A DNA stretch of 64,000 nucleotides. Source: Candidatus Aenigmatarchaeota archaeon (GTDB lineage Archaea > Aenigmatarchaeota > Aenigmatarchaeia > QMZS01). Location: the NCBI GenBank assembly GCA_023134135.1, contig JAGLVB010000003.1, forward strand, positions 98,218 through 162,217. Direction: 5' to 3'. Positions 63,150 through 64,000 of the stretch are shown here, piece after piece. Position 1 is the first letter of the stretch, and the number at the start of each line of letters is the position of its first letter. A program made the translations under genes and the position numbers. The notes beneath the pieces are model-generated. The model made no database searches. It saw only the letters and a list, made by a program, of their open reading frames with translations, and had not been told where the DNA came from.

Positions 63150-63244
63150 AACTAACATCGGGCATTAAGAGAAGTTTTTTGCGTAGCAAAAAATTTGGGT
63201 GGAGAAGTCTGCAAGACTTCGTAACCTCTTAATGTTTGTTATGT
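63150..63244. repeat. attC-like element 5 (AACTAAC ... GTTATGT)
   Basis: AACTAAC-ATCGGGCATTAAGAGAAG-[TTTTTTGC GTA GCAAAAAA]-TTTGGGTGGAG-[AAGTCT GCA AGACTT]-CGTAACCTCTTAATGTTT-GTTATGT. The outer arms CATTAAGAG/CTCTTAATG pair perfectly. Confidence 0.65.
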
Positions 63245-63332
63245 CTGTCGGAGCGAAGCGGAGACCAAGGGATAGCCGCAGGCGGTTTTTGCGAAGCAAA
63301 AAATCCCGCAGAGTTAAGTTTAAGTTTTCCGT

Positions 63333-63382
63333 ATATATTCTGCGAAGCAGACTATCTGTCCGTAGGACGGGGGGAGTTCTTT
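63333..63382. repeat. 50-bp module copy B
   Basis: ATATATTCTGCGAAGCAGACTATCTGTCCGTAGGACGGGGGGAGTTCTTT. See copy A. Confidence 0.85.
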
Positions 63383-63470
63383 ACACCAAAGCCGAAGGCT
63401 CATATTACTTAAATTATGGGAGTTCTTGGTTAAAAATAGGACAATTTATAAATATTTAAGTAGTTTTAAT

Positions 63471-64000
63471 ATGACTATGGAAGGAAACATAGAATTGTAT
63501 AAAGAACTTTTAGGGTTTTGTGAAGAAATTAGAGAAAAACAAAAGTTTAAATTTGATTCTAACCTGAATTTTTCCAATTTTAATGAAAAATGTTATATTG
63601 AGATGTATTTAAAGAATAAAGTGTCAACTAGACCTCTAGTGTTTAAAAAAGGCTCACTTCCCGAGTTAAAGGATGTTTGTTCTAAGTGTGCAATGTTTCA
63701 TACTTCAAAAAGGAATGAGATGATTAAAGGTTTCGATATACAATTTGGTCATTGGTTTGAAAAAGCATTTAGAGATTTTTTGTTAAATAAAGGTATCAAA
63801 ACGGAGAAAAAAGGATTTCCTTTTCCAGATATTGAAGTTATTAAGAACGGTGTTCCCGTTGCATATTTTGAACTAAAGTATATTAGATCTCCTTTTGTTT
63901 ATGCCAATAACCAACTAAAGATGGAGAGATGGTGTTATGAATGCTCGCTGACTTTGGATGTTGGAGATAAATTATCTAAGCAAAGAACGAAGATAGAAGA
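63471..64000 (+). CDS. PD-(D/E)xK restriction-endonuclease-like protein, 3' end outside window
   Basis: ATG at 63471; I saw no stop before the window end. ...KKGFPFPDIEVIKNGVPVAYFELKYI... is a classical PD-x(n)-ExK arrangement. Not in the ORF track because the frame is open-ended. Confidence 0.5.
   Translation, partial: MTMEGNIELYKELLGFCEEIREKQKFKFDSNLNFSNFNEKCYIEMYLKNKVSTRPLVFKKGSLPELKDVCSKCAMFHTSKRNEMIKGFDIQFGHWFEKAFRDFLLNKGIKTEKKGFPFPDIEVIKNGVPVAYFELKYIRSPFVYANNQLKMERWCYECSLTLDVGDKLSKQRTKIE

Larger units (their letters stand above)
55079..63244. mobile_element. Candidate integron-like cassette array (attC-like sites without an integrase in the window)
   Basis: See the individual attC-like elements and the findings. 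All elements share one orientation. Confidence 0.45.

Noticed and set aside
55079-63400. Possibility that the recurring GC-rich elements form a CRISPR array.
   Set aside because: The units are 80-105 bp and imperfect. They are separated by 0.7-5 kb of protein-coding genes rather than by 30-40 bp spacers. No cas genes were seen.
63199-63459. Track ORF (86 aa, plus) covering attC-like element 5 and its flanking modules.
   Set aside because: Same reasoning as above. The Arg/Ser-rich translation comes from hairpin repeats, and the copy at 58000-58200 does not keep the frame.
55079-64000. Search for an integron integrase or any tyrosine/serine recombinase or transposase in the window.
   Set aside because: No ORF showed recombinase hallmarks (no R..HxxR..Y-type C-terminal pattern, no DDE). 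The integron interpretation therefore remains incomplete, and the region is reported only as an attC-like array.

Overview
The window is visibly AT-rich and looks like an archaeal chromosome segment. Gene content suggests a small-genome, DPANN-like lineage, but that is inference only. The middle (about 10.1-52.1 kb) is a housekeeping block: rps15, alaS, gatB, argS, glyS, hisS, truB/cbf5, endA, rtcB, prefoldin alpha, sec61-beta, rps27ae, GGPP synthase, geranylgeranyl reductase and ppsA. It also holds one tRNA-Leu(CAA) that only folds if two non-canonical introns (D-loop and T-loop) are removed. Two accessory regions flank this block. (1) Positions 1-10.1 kb form a defence-island-like cluster: DUF488, a SWIM protein, an AlbA_2/HATPase_c_4 regulator, a Type IIG R-M enzyme, DUF3892, and a Dam methylase with a ParB-fold protein. 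The last 2.5 kb of this cluster is bracketed by a diverged duplicate of the rps15 3' end, which looks like an integration footprint. (2) Positions 52.1-64 kb form a hypervariable region. Its genes are separated by a family of GC-enriched, hairpin-rich 80-105 bp elements laid out like integron attC sites (RYYYAAC ... covarying hairpins ... GTTRRRY). No integrase is present in the window. Inside this region is a compact six-gene minus-strand operon that I cannot assign to any named defence system: RHH regulator, MORC-like GHKL ATPase, two unknown proteins (one with an HEPN-like Rx6H motif), a D12-class adenine methylase and a truncated second methylase. This operon and the attC-like array are the best candidates for something new. 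All calls rest on reading the sequence and ORF translations and on recalled family motifs. No database search was run.
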